A DNA stretch of 64,000 nucleotides from Heterodontus francisci (lineage: Eukaryota), in NCBI RefSeq assembly GCF_036365525.1, contig NW_027142279.1, forward strand, positions 248,001 through 312,000, given 5' to 3'. Shown piece by piece: positions 35,942 through 49,440 of the stretch. A model generated the notes under the pieces. That model had not been told where the DNA came from, did no database searches, and saw only the letters and a list, made by a program, of their open reading frames with translations. The position numbers and the translations under genes were made by a program. How positions within the stretch are numbered: position 1 is the stretch's first letter; each line of letters opens with the position of its first letter.

Positions 35942-38709
35942 GTAACTCTGAGAAGGGTGGTAAACAACAAGAGTAGAGCGGGGCTTAAAAACAGAGCGGG
36001 GCGGGTGAGGATTCACTCAGAAAGAGTGGCAGTCAATAAGGTCCGATTACTGATGAGAGAAATGAGTGACGTGGGGAGTGCAGCCAGACCCAAGGCCATG
36101 GCTCCACGGGTGACCCAGCTGTTTCGGGATTACAGCGAAGACTGGAAGAGCAACAGTGATAGGAGATGCCATCGTTGGGGGAATTGGCAAGCATTTCGGC
36201 TGCAGGTGTGAATCCAGGATGTTGTTTTATCTTCCTGGTGCCAGGGTCAAAGATGTCACTGAGCGGTGACAGAGCCCCCTGAGAGGGAAGGGTGAACAGC
36301 TAGCAGTCGTGGTCTGCATTGGCACCAATGAAATAGCTAGGAAGTGGGATGTGGTCCTGCAGTCAATATTCAGGGAGCTGGGTACGATATGAGCGAGAAG
36401 GACCTCAAAATTAGTCATCTCTTGATTACTCCCAGTACCATACACAAGTGAGTTTAGAAATAGGAGGATAGTGCAGATGAATGTGTGGCTGGAAAGATGG
36501 TGCAGGATGGAGGGCTTTAGATCCCTAGACACTGGGACCTGCTCTGGGGGAGATGGGAAGTGTACAGCAGGTATGAATTGCACCTAAATAGAGCTGGGAC
36601 TGATTTCCTTGCAGGCCGATTTGCTCGTGCTATCGGCGACGGTTTAAACTCGCTTGGCAGGGGTATGGGAACCAGGAGGAATTATCAGAGAGGAATACCA
36701 CAGTGCACAGAATACTGAGAGAGATATATAGCCATAGAGTAGGGAATAGTTAGTTATTAGGTGGGGTCAGAGTGAGGGAGAAAGTAACAAAGTCTAAATC
36801 AGTGTTAATTTGACTGTATGTGAATGCACAGAATGTGGTTAATAAGATTGGCATGTTACAGGCGCAGTCTGACTTGTGGAAATATGATGCTGTAGCTGTA
36901 ACAGAGTCCTGGCTCTAAGAGGACAGAACGAAATGTTAAATATTCCTGGGTACAAGGTGTTGAAGATAGATATGAGATGAAGAAAAGGGGCAGGAGTGGC
37001 AGTATTGATTAAGGAGAGTATTGCGGTGTTGGAGAGAGAGGATGTCTCAAGGGGTCAAGGACAGAATCTATTTGGCTAGAGGTACAGAACAAAAAAAGGT
37101 GCAATTACGTTGCTCAGTGTAGTGTATGGGCTACCAATTAGTGGAAAGGAACTAATTTTCAAGGAAATTGCAGAGAGGTTCAAGGATTATCGAATAGTTA
37201 TCATGGGGGACTTTCATTATCTGGAATATTGGCTGGGACAATAGTCGCATAAAAGGCAGTGAGGGGCAAGAGTTCCTAGAGTGTGTTCTGGAAAATGTTC
37301 TTCAACACTATGTTTCCAGTCCAAGGACCGGCGAGGCACTGCTGGACCTGGTTCTTGGGAATGAGGTGGACCAAGTAGATCAAATATCAGTAGGACAACA
37401 TTTAGGGGACAGAGATCATTGTTTCATCATGTTTAGTTTGGCTGTGGAAAAGGACAAAGAACAATCTAGACTGAAACTAATTACTAGGGGGAAGACAACT
37501 TAAATTCGATAAGCATGAAGCTGGGGCAAATAAACTGGAATCAAAGGTTGGCAGGAAAACCGGTTGCTGAACAATTAGCTACTTTCCAAGAAGAGATAGT
37601 TCGGGCACAGTCAAGGTATGTTCCCTCGAAGGGGATCGATACGGTAAAAAAATCGAGAGCTCTCTGGGTGACGAAAGTGATAGAGATGACGATGAAGAAG
37701 AAAAAGCGTGCTTCTGATGGATGTCAGGCAGATAACACAATGGAGAACCAGGCTGAATATGGAAGGCTCAGAGGGGAAGTGAAAAATAAAATGGAGAAGC
37801 AAGAATGGAGTATGAAAAGAGACTGGAAGCGAACACAAAAGGGAATTCCAAAGTCTTCCATATGCATATAAATAGTAAACGGTTGGTAAAAAGAGGAGTA
37901 GGGCCGTAGAAAGGGGTTTTAAACATGGAGGAAGGGAGAATAGCTGAGGTATTAAATAAATACTTTGCACCTGTTGCTACCAAGGAAGAAGATGTTACCC
38001 AGGCCATAGTGAAACAGGAGGTAATTTTTAAAAATAGAATCATTCAGACTTGATGAGCAGGAGATATTAGATAGGGTTTCTGCACTTAAAGCTGATAAAG
38101 CACCAGGACAGGATGGGATGGATCCAAGGATCCTGAGGGAAGTGAGGGTGGAAATTCCGAAGGCACTGGCCACAACCTTTCAGTCTTCCTAAGACTCAGG
38201 AGTGTTGCCAGAGGACTGGATAATTGCAAATATTGTATCCTTGTTCAAAAAAGGGTGTAAAGATAAGCCCAGCAACTACATGCCAGTCAGTTTAACTTCT
38301 ATCAAAAATAATTCGGGACGCAATTAATAGTCACATGGACAAATGCAGGTTAATTCCGGAAAGCCAGCACAAACTTGTTCAGGAAACATTATGTTTAACT
38401 AATATTCTGGAGCTTTTTTGAAGATGTAACACAAAGGGTTGATGAGGGCAATGCTGTTGATGTAGTGCACATGGACTTTCAAAAGGCATTTGATACAGTG
38501 CCACGCAGCAGACTTGTGAGCCAACTTGTAGCTCATGGAATAAAAGGGACGGTAGCAACATGGATAAAGAGTTGGTTGCATGGCCAAAAACAGAGAGTAG
38601 TGGTTAATGGATAAAAACAATATACTGCAGATGCTGGAAATCTGAACTAAAAACAGAAAGTGCTGGAAATACTCAGCAGGTCTGGCAGCATCTGTGGAGA
38701 GACAAGCAA

Positions 38710-38746
38710 AGTTAACGTTTCAGGTCAGTGACCGTTCATCAGAACT
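38710..38746 (-). ncRNA. Minimal type I hammerhead ribozyme motif (Penelope terminus)
   Basis: AGTT-CTGATGA-ac[ggtca c tgacc]t-GAAA-CGTT-AACT: core boxes, stem II, palindromic ACGT stem III and stem I AGTT/AACT. Confidence 0.6.
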
Positions 38747-38997
38747 GGCAAAGGTGACAAAAGAATTCGGTTTTAAGCAAGTGAAGGGCGGGGCGGGGGA
38801 TGACGGGGATAAGAACAAAAAGGAAGGTGTGTGATAGGACAGAGGGCAGGAGAGGTTAAACAACAAAGCTGTCATGGGACATAGGCAAAGAGTGTGTTAA
38901 TGTTTGTGGTGAAATACAAAGCATTAGTCCAGAGAGAGTGGCAGAATAATGAGCAGCTCTGTCTACATAAAAAACAGGCATATGATGGAAGGTCACT

Positions 38998-41796
38998 GAC
39001 TATTACTGAGTCTTGGTTGAGGGAAGGGCATGATTGGCAACTAAATATCCCAGGATATCGATGCTTCAGGCGGGATAGAGAGGGAGATAAAAGGGGTGGA
39101 GGAGTTGCATTACTGGTCAAAGAGGATGTCAGCTGTGCTGAAGGAGGGCACCATGGAGGACTCGAGCAGTGAGGCAATATGGGCAGAACTCAGAAATAGG
39201 AAGGGTGCGGTAACAATGTTGGGGCTGTGCTCCAGGCCTTCCAACAGCGAGCGTGAGATAGAGGTACAAATATGTAAACAGATTATGGAAAGATGTCGGA
39301 GCAACAGGGTGGTTGTGATGGGAGATTTTAATTTTCCCTACATTGACTGGGATTCACTTAGTGTTAGAATTCTAGATGGAGCAGAATTTGTAAGAAGCAT
39401 CCAGGAGGGTTGTCTAGAGCAGTATGTAAATAGTCCAACTCGGGAAGGGGCCATACTGGACCTGGTGTTGGGGAATGAGCCCGGCCAGGTGGTTGAAGTT
39501 TCAGTAGGGGACTACTTTGGGATTAGTGATCACAATTCCGTAAGTTTTAGAATACTCATGGACAAAGACGAGAGTGGTCCAAAAGGAAGAGTGCTAAATT
39601 GGGGGAAGGCCAACTATACCAAAATTCGGCAGGAGCTGGGGAATGTAGATTGGGAGCAGCTGTTTGAAGGTAAATCCACACTTGATATGTGGGAGTCTTT
39701 TAAAGGGAGGTTGATTAGCGTGCAGGAGAGACATGTTCCTGTGAAAATGAGGGATAGAAATGGCAAGATTAGGGAACCATGGATGACAGGTGAAATTGTG
39801 AGACTAGCTAAGAGGAAAAAGGAAGCATCCATAAGGTCTAGGAGGCTGAAGAAAGACGAAGCTTTGAAAGAATATCGGGAATGTAGGACCAATCTGAAAC
39901 GAGGAATTAAGAGGGCTAAAAGGGGTCATGAAATATCTTTAGCAAGCAGGGTTAAGGAAAATCCCAAAGCCTTTTATTCATATATAAGGAGCAAGAGGGT
40001 AACTAGAGAAAGGATTGGTCCACTCAAGGACAAAGCAGGAAAGTTATGCGTGGAGTCAGAGAAAATGGGTGAGATTCTAAACGAGTACTTTGCATCGGTA
40101 TTCACCGAGGAGAGGGACATGACAGATGTTGATGTTAGGGACAGATGTTTAATTACTCTAGGTCAAGTTGGTATAAGGAGGGTGGAAGTGTTGGGTATTC
40201 TAAAAGGCATTAAGGTGGACAAGTCCCCAGGTCCGTATAGGATCTATCCCAGGTTAGTGAGGGAAGCGAGAGAGGAAATAGCTGGGGCCTTAACAGATAT
40301 CTTTGCAGCATCCTTAAACACAGGTGAGGTCCCAGAGGACAGGGGAACTGCTAATGTTGTCCCCTTGTTTAAGAAGGGTAGCAGGGATAATCCAGGTAAT
40401 TATAGGCCGGTGAGCCTGAAGTCAGTGGTAGGGAAGCTGCTGGAGAAGATACTGAGGGATAGGATCTATTCCCATCTGGAAGAAAATGGGCTTATCAGTG
40501 ATAGGCAACATGGTTTTGTGCAGGGAAGATCATGTCTTACCAACTTAATAGAATTCTTTGAGGAAGTGACAAAGTTGATTGATGAGGGAAGGGCTGTCGA
40601 TGTCATATACATGGACTTCAGTAAGGCGTTTGATAAGGTTCCCCATGGTAGGCTGATGGAGAACGTGACGTCGCATGGGGTCCAGGGTGTACTAGCTAGA
40701 TGGATAAAGAACTGGCTGGGCAACAGGAGACAGAGAGTAGCAGTGGAAGGGAGTTTCTCAAAATGGAGACGTGTGACCAGTGGTGTTCCACAGGGATCCG
40801 TGCTGGGACCACTGTTGTTTGTGATATACATAAATGATTTGGAGGAAAGTATAGGTGGTCTGATTAGCAAGTTTGCAGACGACACTAAGATTGGTGGAGT
40901 AGCAGATAGTGAAGGGGACTGTCAGAGAATACAGCAGAATATAGATAGATTGGAGAGTTGGGCAGAGAAATGGCAGATGGAGTTCAATCAGGGCAAATGC
41001 GAGGTGATGCATTTTGGAAGATCCATTTCAAGAGTGAACTATACAGTAAATGGAAAAGTCCTGGGGAAAATTGATGTACAGAGAGATTTGGGTGTTCAGG
41101 TCCATTGGTCCCTGAAGGTGGCAACGCAGGTCAATAGAGTGGTCAAGAAGGCATACGGCATGCTTTCCTTCATCGGACAGGGTATTGAGTACAAGGATTG
41201 GCAGGTCATGTTACAGTTGTATAAGACTTTGGTTCGGCCACATTTGGAATACTGCGTGCAGATCTGGTCGCCACATTACCAAAAGGATGTAGATGCTTTG
41301 GAGAGGGTGCAGAGGAGGTTCACCAGGATGTTGCCTGGTATAGAGGGCGCAAGCTATGAAGAGAGGTTGAGTAGATTAGGATTATTTTCATTTGAAAGAC
41401 GGAGGTTGAGGGGGGACCTGATTGAGGTGTACAAAAGCATGAGAGGTATAGACAGGATGGATAGCAAGAAGCTTTTTCCCAGCGTGGGGGACTCAATTAC
41501 TAGGGGTCACGAGTTCAAAGTGAGAGAGGAAAAGTTTAGGAAGGAAAATGCGTGGAACGTTCTTTACGCAGAGAGTGGTGGGTGCCTGGAATGCGTTGCC
41601 AGCGGAGGTGGTAGACGCGGGCACGATAGCATCTTTAAAGATGTATCTAGACAGATACATGAATGGGCAGGAAGCAAAGAGATACAGACCCTTAGAAAAT
41701 AGGCGACATGTTTAGATGGAGGATCTGGATTGGCGCAGGCTTGGAGGGCCGATGGGCCTGTTCCTGTGCTGTACTTTTATTTGTTCTTTGTTCTTT
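38998..41796 (+). mobile_element. Young CR1 LINE, ORF2 largely open (ORF 39096-41702, 868 aa)
   Basis: APE endonuclease (VVVMGDFN, SDHN) and RT (GVPQGSVLGP, FADD), with a (TTTGTTC)n tail. Frameshifts near 39130 and ~41545. Confidence 0.95.
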
Positions 41797-43045
41797 GACC
41801 TGAAACATTAACTCTGCTTTCTCTCCACAGATGCTGCCAGATCTACTGAGTATTTCCTGCATTTTCTATTATGATTAGTGATTAATGATTGTTTTTCAGG
41901 CTGGAGGAAGGTTTGTCGTGAAGTTCCCCAGGGATCAGTATTGGACCCTTGCTTTCCTTGCTATATACTAAAGACTTAGACCTTGGTGTGCAGGGCACCA
42001 TTTCAATATTTGTGGGTGATACGAAACTTGGAAGGATCGTGAAATATGAGGAGGATAGTGTAGAACTTCAAAAGGGCATAGATAGGTGGAATGGGGGACA
42101 AGTGGCACATGAAGTTCAATGCAGCGAAGATTCATTTTAGTAGGAGAAACATGGAGATACAATGAAAAATGAAGGGTACAATTCTAAAGGGGGTGCATAA
42201 GCAGAGGGACCTGGGTGTATATGTGCATAAATCAATGAAGTTGGCGAGACAGGTTGAGAGCGTGGTTAAATAAAGCCTGCAGAATCCTGGGCTTTATGAA
42301 CAGGGGCTTAGAGTACAAGAGCAAGGAGGTTAAGTTGAACATGCATAAGACACTAGTTTGGTCTCAGCTGGAATATTGCGTCCAATTCTGGGCACCGCAA
42401 TTTGGGAAAGACGCGGGGGCATTGGAGAGAGTATGGAAAAAATTCACAAGAATGGTTCCAGGGATGAGAAACTTCAGTTATGAAGATAGATTGGAGAAGT
42501 TAGGACTTTTGCCCTGAGGGAAAAGAAGGCTGAGGGGTGATTTGGTGGAGGCACTCAAAATCATGAGGGGTCTGGACAGAGTAGATACAGTGAAACTGTT
42601 CCCACTCGTGAAAGGATCGAGAACGAGAGGGCACAGATTTAAAGTATTTGGTAAGAGACAAAAAACCTTTTCACGTAGCGAGTGGTTAAGGTCTGGAATG
42701 GGCTACCTGGGAAGTGGTGGAGGCAGGTTCAATTGAAGTATTCAAAAGGGAATTAGACAGTTATATGGAAAGGAAGAATGTGCAGGGTTACGGGGAGAAG
42801 GCGGGATGGAACAGAACAAATTGTTCATTCAGAGAGCCTGTGCGGACACGATAGGCCGAATGGCCTCCTTCTGCATTGTAACGATTCTGTGATTCTGTGA
42901 TTACAGGTGTAATTTCAGGTGAAATGATCAATAGGGAGGAGTAAGTGATTTGCCCCAGTTTCTGGTACTCTCTGCCGCTACCAGTCTCTCTAACAGTTAA
43001 TAATTACCATCCGTTCAGGGACTGACTCTGTGATTGTTGTTGCAG

Positions 43046-43122
43046 TTCTGGTGGATGGAAGATTCCAGAGACTGTTGTTCCAGCGCGCCAGTGCTCCACA
43101 TATGGCACAGGCTGGTTACAGG
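43046..43122 (+). CDS. D10C cassette 1, exon b
   Basis: ttgcag|...|gtattg. SSGGWKIPETVVPARQCSTYGTGWLQ, phases 2/1 match the neighbouring exons. Confidence 0.9.
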
Positions 43123-43216
43123 GTATTGTCAGATTTTATCATATCAGATTTACATTCACTGTCCAGCACTGCTCACATCGGTTACATTCTTCAATATTTA
43201 TAAACTCTCATTTCAG

Positions 43217-43381
43217 GTTCCCATCCCAGTGTGGGACAAGGGGAAGTAATGGGGACCATTTGTTTTAACTGGAATGAAAATCGCTGCCATTGGACACAGG
43301 AGATAAGCATCAAAAACTGCAGCAGTTATTTCGTTTATGAGCTGAAGCCTCCACCCGGCTGTGACGCTGCTTATTGTACAG
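43217..43381 (+). CDS. D10C cassette 1, exon c
   Basis: tttcag|...|gtagat. GSHPSVGQGEVMGTICFNWNENRCHWTQEISIKNCSSYFVYELKPPPGCDAAYCT. Confidence 0.92.
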
Positions 43382-43769
43382 GTAGATTGCTGTTTCTATA
43401 TGGCCCAGTTGGGTGATTCTAGTATGTCCCGTGTCACCCACAGAAATAAGACTGTTGACTTGCTCTCCTTATTGTAAGGGACACAGTGAATAAAGGATCT
43501 GTAGCACAATGTGAACTTTTCACTGAAGCTCTCGGGAACTGAATCAGATGATGCTGTCTGGAGAGAGGGCTGGAATGTCTCGGGATTTTTCCGTCAGGAT
43601 TGTACTTTAGGTTCTCAGATGAGTGTCGGACATAGCAGCAGGGTCCTGATGGACTGGAGCTGGAGCAGGAACAGGGAGAGATCTTTGCACACCAAACTCC
43701 CATGGATCGTGAGGGTTCCAGGGTGCAGGGCTGTACCTGTATGCTCCCTTTCCCGTGCCCATTGATCGT

Positions 43770-46700
43770 GAGAAGAGTACGAAAACATGAATAGGGAAAG
43801 CAGGAGTGTGAGATATAATAGAGCATTTCAGAGAGAAAGTGAAAGAGAGGAAGGGAATTCAAATTAAGAGAGATGGAACGAGTACAAGAGGGTAGTCTTG
43901 ACTCAAGGGAACATTATGGCCAGGAAGAATCTTAATCCAGCGCAGGACCCAGTGAAAAGCTGTTTAAATTTATACAAGCTCTCCCTAAGTTTGAGGAAAG
44001 GGAAGTAGAGGCATTTTTTTTTAAATAGCCAAACGAATGAAATGGCCAAAGGAAAGCTGGATACTGCTTGTGCAAAACAGGTTAATGGGCAGAGCTCATG
44101 AGCTTTATGCCATGTTTCCTGAAGAGGCTTCTGCAGGTTATGAGATGACAAAAAATGCTATTCTCGATGCGTCTGAGTTAGTCCCTGGAGCTTCCTGACA
44201 GAAGTTTTGTTACCTCCAGAGATTGGCTGGGCAGACTTATATAAAATTTTATAGGGCAAAGAAAATTAATTTGTATCATTGGATACGGGCAGTAAAGATA
44301 GAAGCCACGTATGAGAACCTAAGTGAACTAATTCTCCTGGAAGAATTTAATGTTCACTCACTCCAGTCGTGAGAACTCATGTAGATAACCTGAAAGTTTT
44401 AAAAGCCAGGCAAACAGTGGAAAGTGCTGATGATTTTCAGCTTGTGAATAAGCTAATACCCTTTGTCTGTCAGCACCACAGACCCGAGAAGCATAGAGGG
44501 TGCAAGAGTGAAAGGGAGGAAGTATTCGGGGACAAGAAGGAACAGCTGGTAACGCCCCAGGATCCCCTCTTCAGGCCAGAAAGGAAGGTGCTGAGGGTAG
44601 GAGTGAAGTCCACAAGCCGAAGTGTTATCATTGCCACAGGGTGGGACAGCTTCGCTTAGAATGCTGGAAGTTGCGATGTAAACCCAAAGGACTTGTTGGG
44701 GTAAACAAAGCTAATGCAGAGACAGGGGCTCGGACTGAGAGTACAGCAGAGCAGGCTGTAGCTTTAACGGCAGCTGTAAAAAGCAGATGCAAAAAAAAGT
44801 GAGTGTGGGGGTTGAGAATAGGTACCTGGAAGTTATTATAAATACTTGTCTGAAGGAAAAGCAACTCTATACCCCTCAAGTGAGGAAGGCAAACCTATCG
44901 TTATACTTCGGGTTACAGGAGCAACCCAAACTCTTTTGCTGGGGGATGGTATAACCTTTCCACCAGAGAGCGCACTGAATGCTAAAGCTTTAGTTAATGG
45001 TATTGGCGGGGAGCATATACCCTTCCGTTGTATCATGTGCACCTGGGGTGCAAGCTAATGTTGGGGAAGGTAACTGTCGTACTTGTCCATAGATTGCTGG
45101 GAGACGGAATTGACCTACCCCTGGGGAATGGTTTGGCCGGAGAAGGAATATCAGCTTCTTCCATAGTCAAAGGGAAACCATGTGAAGTTAGAGAAACATA
45201 TCAATTACAGGAACAAGTTCTAGGAATATTTCCTGCGTGAGTAGTAACCCGAGCAAGTTCCATTGTCGGAGATAACATTGGCACCACAAACAGATAGCTG
45301 GGTATCTGAAACTTTCCTTGGGGATTTAGATAATTCAACTGAGATGTTTAACAAATCATCTATAAAGGCAGCACAGCAAGCTGATCCAGAGTTACATGGA
45401 ATAACAGAGTCGGCTCTGACAGAATCAGAGACAAAATGAGTTCCAGAAGGCTATTATGCTGAAGACAGGGTTCTTAGGAGGAAATGGAGACCACCTCATG
45501 GACTTGTGGAAAACTGGAAGGTTGTTCAAAAGGTAGTGGTGCCACCTAAATATCGCCAGGAATTATTAGGGTTGGCAAAAGACATTTTACGAGCATGACA
45601 CATGGCATCTGCAAGACCAAATCACAAAAAAGGCAACATTACTACTGGTCAGGCCTTGAAAAGGACGTAAGACAGTTTTTTAGGACATGCCAGACGTGAC
45701 AAATGGTGGGAAAACTGTAACCTATCATAAAACCGACACTCCTAATTCCCCTATCAGTTATTGAGTAGGGTATTGGTAGATTTTGTAGGGCCATTGCCAA
45801 AAACAAAATCAGGACAGCAATATATACTTACTATCATGGATATGGCTACTCAATCCAAGAGGCCATTCCCTTGAGGACAATTACTCCTAAAGTAGTAGTA
45901 GGAAAGTTAACCCAATTCTTTACGAGATATGGATTACAACTTGAAGTTCAATCGAATCAAGGTTCTAATTTCATGTCGAAGATATTTCAAGAAGTCATGG
46001 TTAATTTGGACATCAAACAGTTAAAATCTTCAGCATATCACCCACAGACACAGGGAGCTCCAGAAAGGTACCATCAAACTCTCCAAACAATAATTCGAGC
46101 ATACTGTCATGAATTCGCCATGATTTGGATTACTTTAATTTGCCAGGAGAGATTCACCAAATGGGTCTACAGATTTCAGCCTTTTCGAATTGGTTTATGG
46201 ACATGAAATAAGAGATCCTCTAAAACACATCAAAGACAGGTTCTCAGAGTGAAGGGATGAATCTTCAATACTAGACCATGTATCTGTGTTCTGGGAAAAG
46301 CTCACAGATCTTGCAATGTGGCTCAGGAACACCTTAAAGCATCCCAAGCCAATACGACAAAACGTTTAGATCCGAAATTTTCAACCCAGGGCTGAAATAT
46401 TAATATTATTACCATTGCAGGGCGAAGTATTAAAAGCTCGGTTCAGTGATCTGTATAAAGTGGTCAAAATAATAATTAAGGTAAATTACTTGATTGACAT
46501 CCGTGACCACCAGAAAAAGGGCTTGTGTCATATCAATATATGAAAACAAAATTATCACAGGGAGGAGGATAAACCAGTTGTCATCCTAGGCCCCCACCTG
46601 CTATAAATGAGGCACATTAATGTTGTCATGAACATTGATTTTAAACTGTTACTGGAGTGAAGAAAGGACTTGTTCAGCAGATCGGCCGTGCCTGGAAAAG

Positions 46701-48400
46701 ACATTTGCATATTAACAGGTGGTGATTGGAAGGACAAAGGGCCATTCCCTAACACATTCAACCCACAATGGACCTTGATCACCAGGTATTGTGTGTAAGA
46801 GGAGCATTCCAGAGACTGCTGCAATCCAAGACGTGGTCAGATCAATTAATCACATGACTAACCCGCTGGGCAACCGGGATTTTTCTGAATTATCCAGCCA
46901 GTTTGAACTCAGCGAGCATGTCCGTTTGCCACTGGTGTGAGAAGATCGCTCCTGGCTGGCTTGCCACAGCCTCTCCTGTCTGCCTGCTCCCATCTCTTTC
47001 TCACAGAACTCCAAATCCACTGAAGATGCATGAACGACAAGAGAGAAAAGTCTCCTACAGCGAACAAGGTTTAAGAAGAATACTTGGCCCCAACAAAAAG
47101 CAAGACCTGCCAACAATCAAGGACTCTACAGTGAGCTCGCAGAACCATAACACAAAAAACTTCTTCAGATTTTGCCTCAAACTTTTCCACTTTATTCACT
47201 CTCTTTCTGTCTCTCTCTGCATGTGGGTATTGCATGTGTGTGTTAGTATGGGCGCGTCCAGTATCCCATGGCATTAACCGAATTAGAGGTTAAGTTTCAG
47301 TTTAATACAATTTCACTTTTCTTCTTTAAAGCTGAGAAAACCTGTTGTGCTGGTTTATTTGCCTTATAATTGGAAAGCAGTGAAAAATTATTCACCAAGG
47401 GGGAGCTGGAAACATAGTGTTTTTTAAAAAGTAAACCTGTTACAGAAAGTCAAGGTGAAGGTTAATAGGGAACCCTAGACCTCTATCTCCTGTCAGAGTA
47501 CAGATATGTCAGGTAATGGGGAATGTTGAGAAGGAAAAGAATAGAGACGATGAGGCAGAAGGAGGCCTCGAGAATTCTCAGATTGAACCTCCTACTATCC
47601 GGTTAGATAATACAGAATGTCTACGAAAATTGGACAACATGCTTTCGTACTTACATGCAGAACAACGAGGCTACTCACAACATTTAAAAGAGTCTGTAGG
47701 GATAAGCCAGGATATATAACCTTAGCCACAGATGATGTGGATGCTCATCAGTTCCTTTAAAACAGTATCCATACTGCGTAAGTCCAGGCAAACAGGCCCA
47801 AGTGAAAACAGCAATCCAATACATGTTGGAGAACAACTTACTTGAATCTAGTCAAAGCAGCTGGAGTTCACCAATGGTATTAGTGCCGAAACCTAATGGG
47901 TCGATCAGACTTTGCATAGACTACAGAAAAGTCAGTGCAGTAACAAAGGCAGACTTCTACCCAATCCTAACTTCGAAGACTGTATTGACAGAATGGGCAG
48001 TGCCATATTTCTTATAAAGATAGATCAGTTAAAGGGATACTACCAAGTTCCTTTGACACCTCGAGCAAAAGAAATGTCAGCTTTTGTCACACCAGATGGT
48101 GTTTATCAGTGCTGAGTAATGCCATTACAGTAACCATACAGTAACCCTAGGAAGGAACACTTAAAACGCTGTTTAAAAAATTAAAAGCCGCTGATTTGGT
48201 GGTAAGTCTGGCAAAAAGTGAATTCGCAAAGTATGAGTGACCGACCTTGGACATATAGTAGTTGTGCTGCCAAGAACTGCAAATGTGCAAGCATTAGTGG
48301 AGTTCCCTATCCCTAAAACTAAGCGTGAAATCATGAGGTTTTTGGGTATATATGACCCAGGAAAAGAGGAGTTGTTACTATCTGTGGAGGAAGACTATTT
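43770..48400 (+). mobile_element. Degenerate Gmr1-like Gypsy LTR retrotransposon (gag-PR-INT-RT order)
   Basis: gag WPKESWILLVQNRLMGRAHELYA (~44043), zinc knuckle CYHCHRVGQLRLECW (~44623), protease ILRVTGA (~44900), integrase 45780-46200, RT SSWSSPMVLVPKPNGSIRLCIDYRK (~47850). A possible solo-LTR insert lies at ~46579-47500. Confidence 0.8.
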
Positions 48401-48439
48401 TGATGAAAGGAAGCCATTGCATTCAAAAGGTGGTAGATT

Positions 48440-49440
48440 CCTATTGCCTCTAGTCTCTGGAGATCCCAGCTATTCACAATATATATTAATTATATAGATG
48501 AGGGAATTAAATGCTCTATATCCAAGTTTGCAGATGACACAGAGCTGGGTGGGAGTACGAGCTGTGAGGATGATGCAAAGAAGCTCCAGTGTGATTTGGA
48601 CAGGTTGAGTCAGTGGGCAAATAATGGCAGATGCAGTATAATGTGGATAAATGTGAGGTTATCCACTTTGGTGTCAAAAACAGAAATGCAGATTATTATC
48701 TGAACGGTGATAGACTGGGAAAGGGGGAGGTGCAGCGAGACCTGGGTGTCCTAGTGCACCAGTCGCTGAAAGTAAGCATGCAGGTGCAGCAGGCAGTTAA
48801 GAAGACAAATGGTATGTTGGCCTTCACAGCGAGAGGATTCGTGTACAGGAGCAAGGATGTATTGCTGCAGTTGTACAGTGCCATGGTGAGACCACATCCG
48901 GAGTATTTTATCCAGTTTTGGTCTCCTTATCTTGGGAAGGATGTTCTTGCTATAAGGGAGTGCAGCGAAGGTTCACCAGAATGATTCCTGGGATGGCAGG
49001 ACTGACGTAGAAAGAGAGATTAGGTCGATTAGGCTTGTATTCACTAGAGTTTAGAAGAACGAGAGGGAGTATCAATAGAAGCCTACAAAATTCTAACAGG
49101 ACTGTACAGACTAGATGCAGGAAGGATGTTCCCAATGGCGGGGGGAGTCCAGGACCAGGGGTCACAGTCTAAGGATAAAGGGCAAACCCATTTAGGAATG
49201 AGATGTGGAGGGTGGTGACCTGAGGAATTCTCTGCCACAGAAAGCAGTTGAGGCCAAATCATTAAATATATTCAAAAAAGAGCTAGATCTAGTACTTCGG
49301 GCTAAAGGAATCAAGGAATATGGGGAGAAAGCGGGAACAGACTACTGAGTTTGGATAATCAGCCATGATCGTATTAAATGGCGGTGCAGCCTCGAAGGGC
49401 TGAATGGACTACTCCTGCTCCAGCTTTCTATATTTCTATG
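48440..49440 (+). mobile_element. CR1 LINE 3' fragment
   Basis: aagtttgcagatgacac (KFADDT), ORF 48631-48984 and a 3' UTR. Confidence 0.85.

Larger units (their letters stand above)
38612..41876. mobile_element. Penelope-like element with inverted termini, inserted in the outer CR1
   Basis: Termini at 38612-38750 and 41797-41870 are inverted copies of the 35284 motif. Imperfect TSD agtggttaatggat / agtgattaatgatt. Confidence 0.7.
35947..42902 (+). mobile_element. Near full-length degenerate CR1 (ORF1 esterase plus ORF2) with nested insertions
   Basis: SGNH-like ORF1 remnant (cttcctggtgccagggtcaaagatgtc, cattggcaccaatga), EN/RT remnants and a (GATTCTGT)n tail. It is absent from the 152-nt paralogous intron 50803-50954. 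Confidence 0.8.

Noticed and set aside
39096-41702. 868-aa ORF as a host or domesticated gene
   Set aside because: Ordinary CR1 ORF2, 5'-truncated and frameshifted at both ends, with an intact repeat tail.
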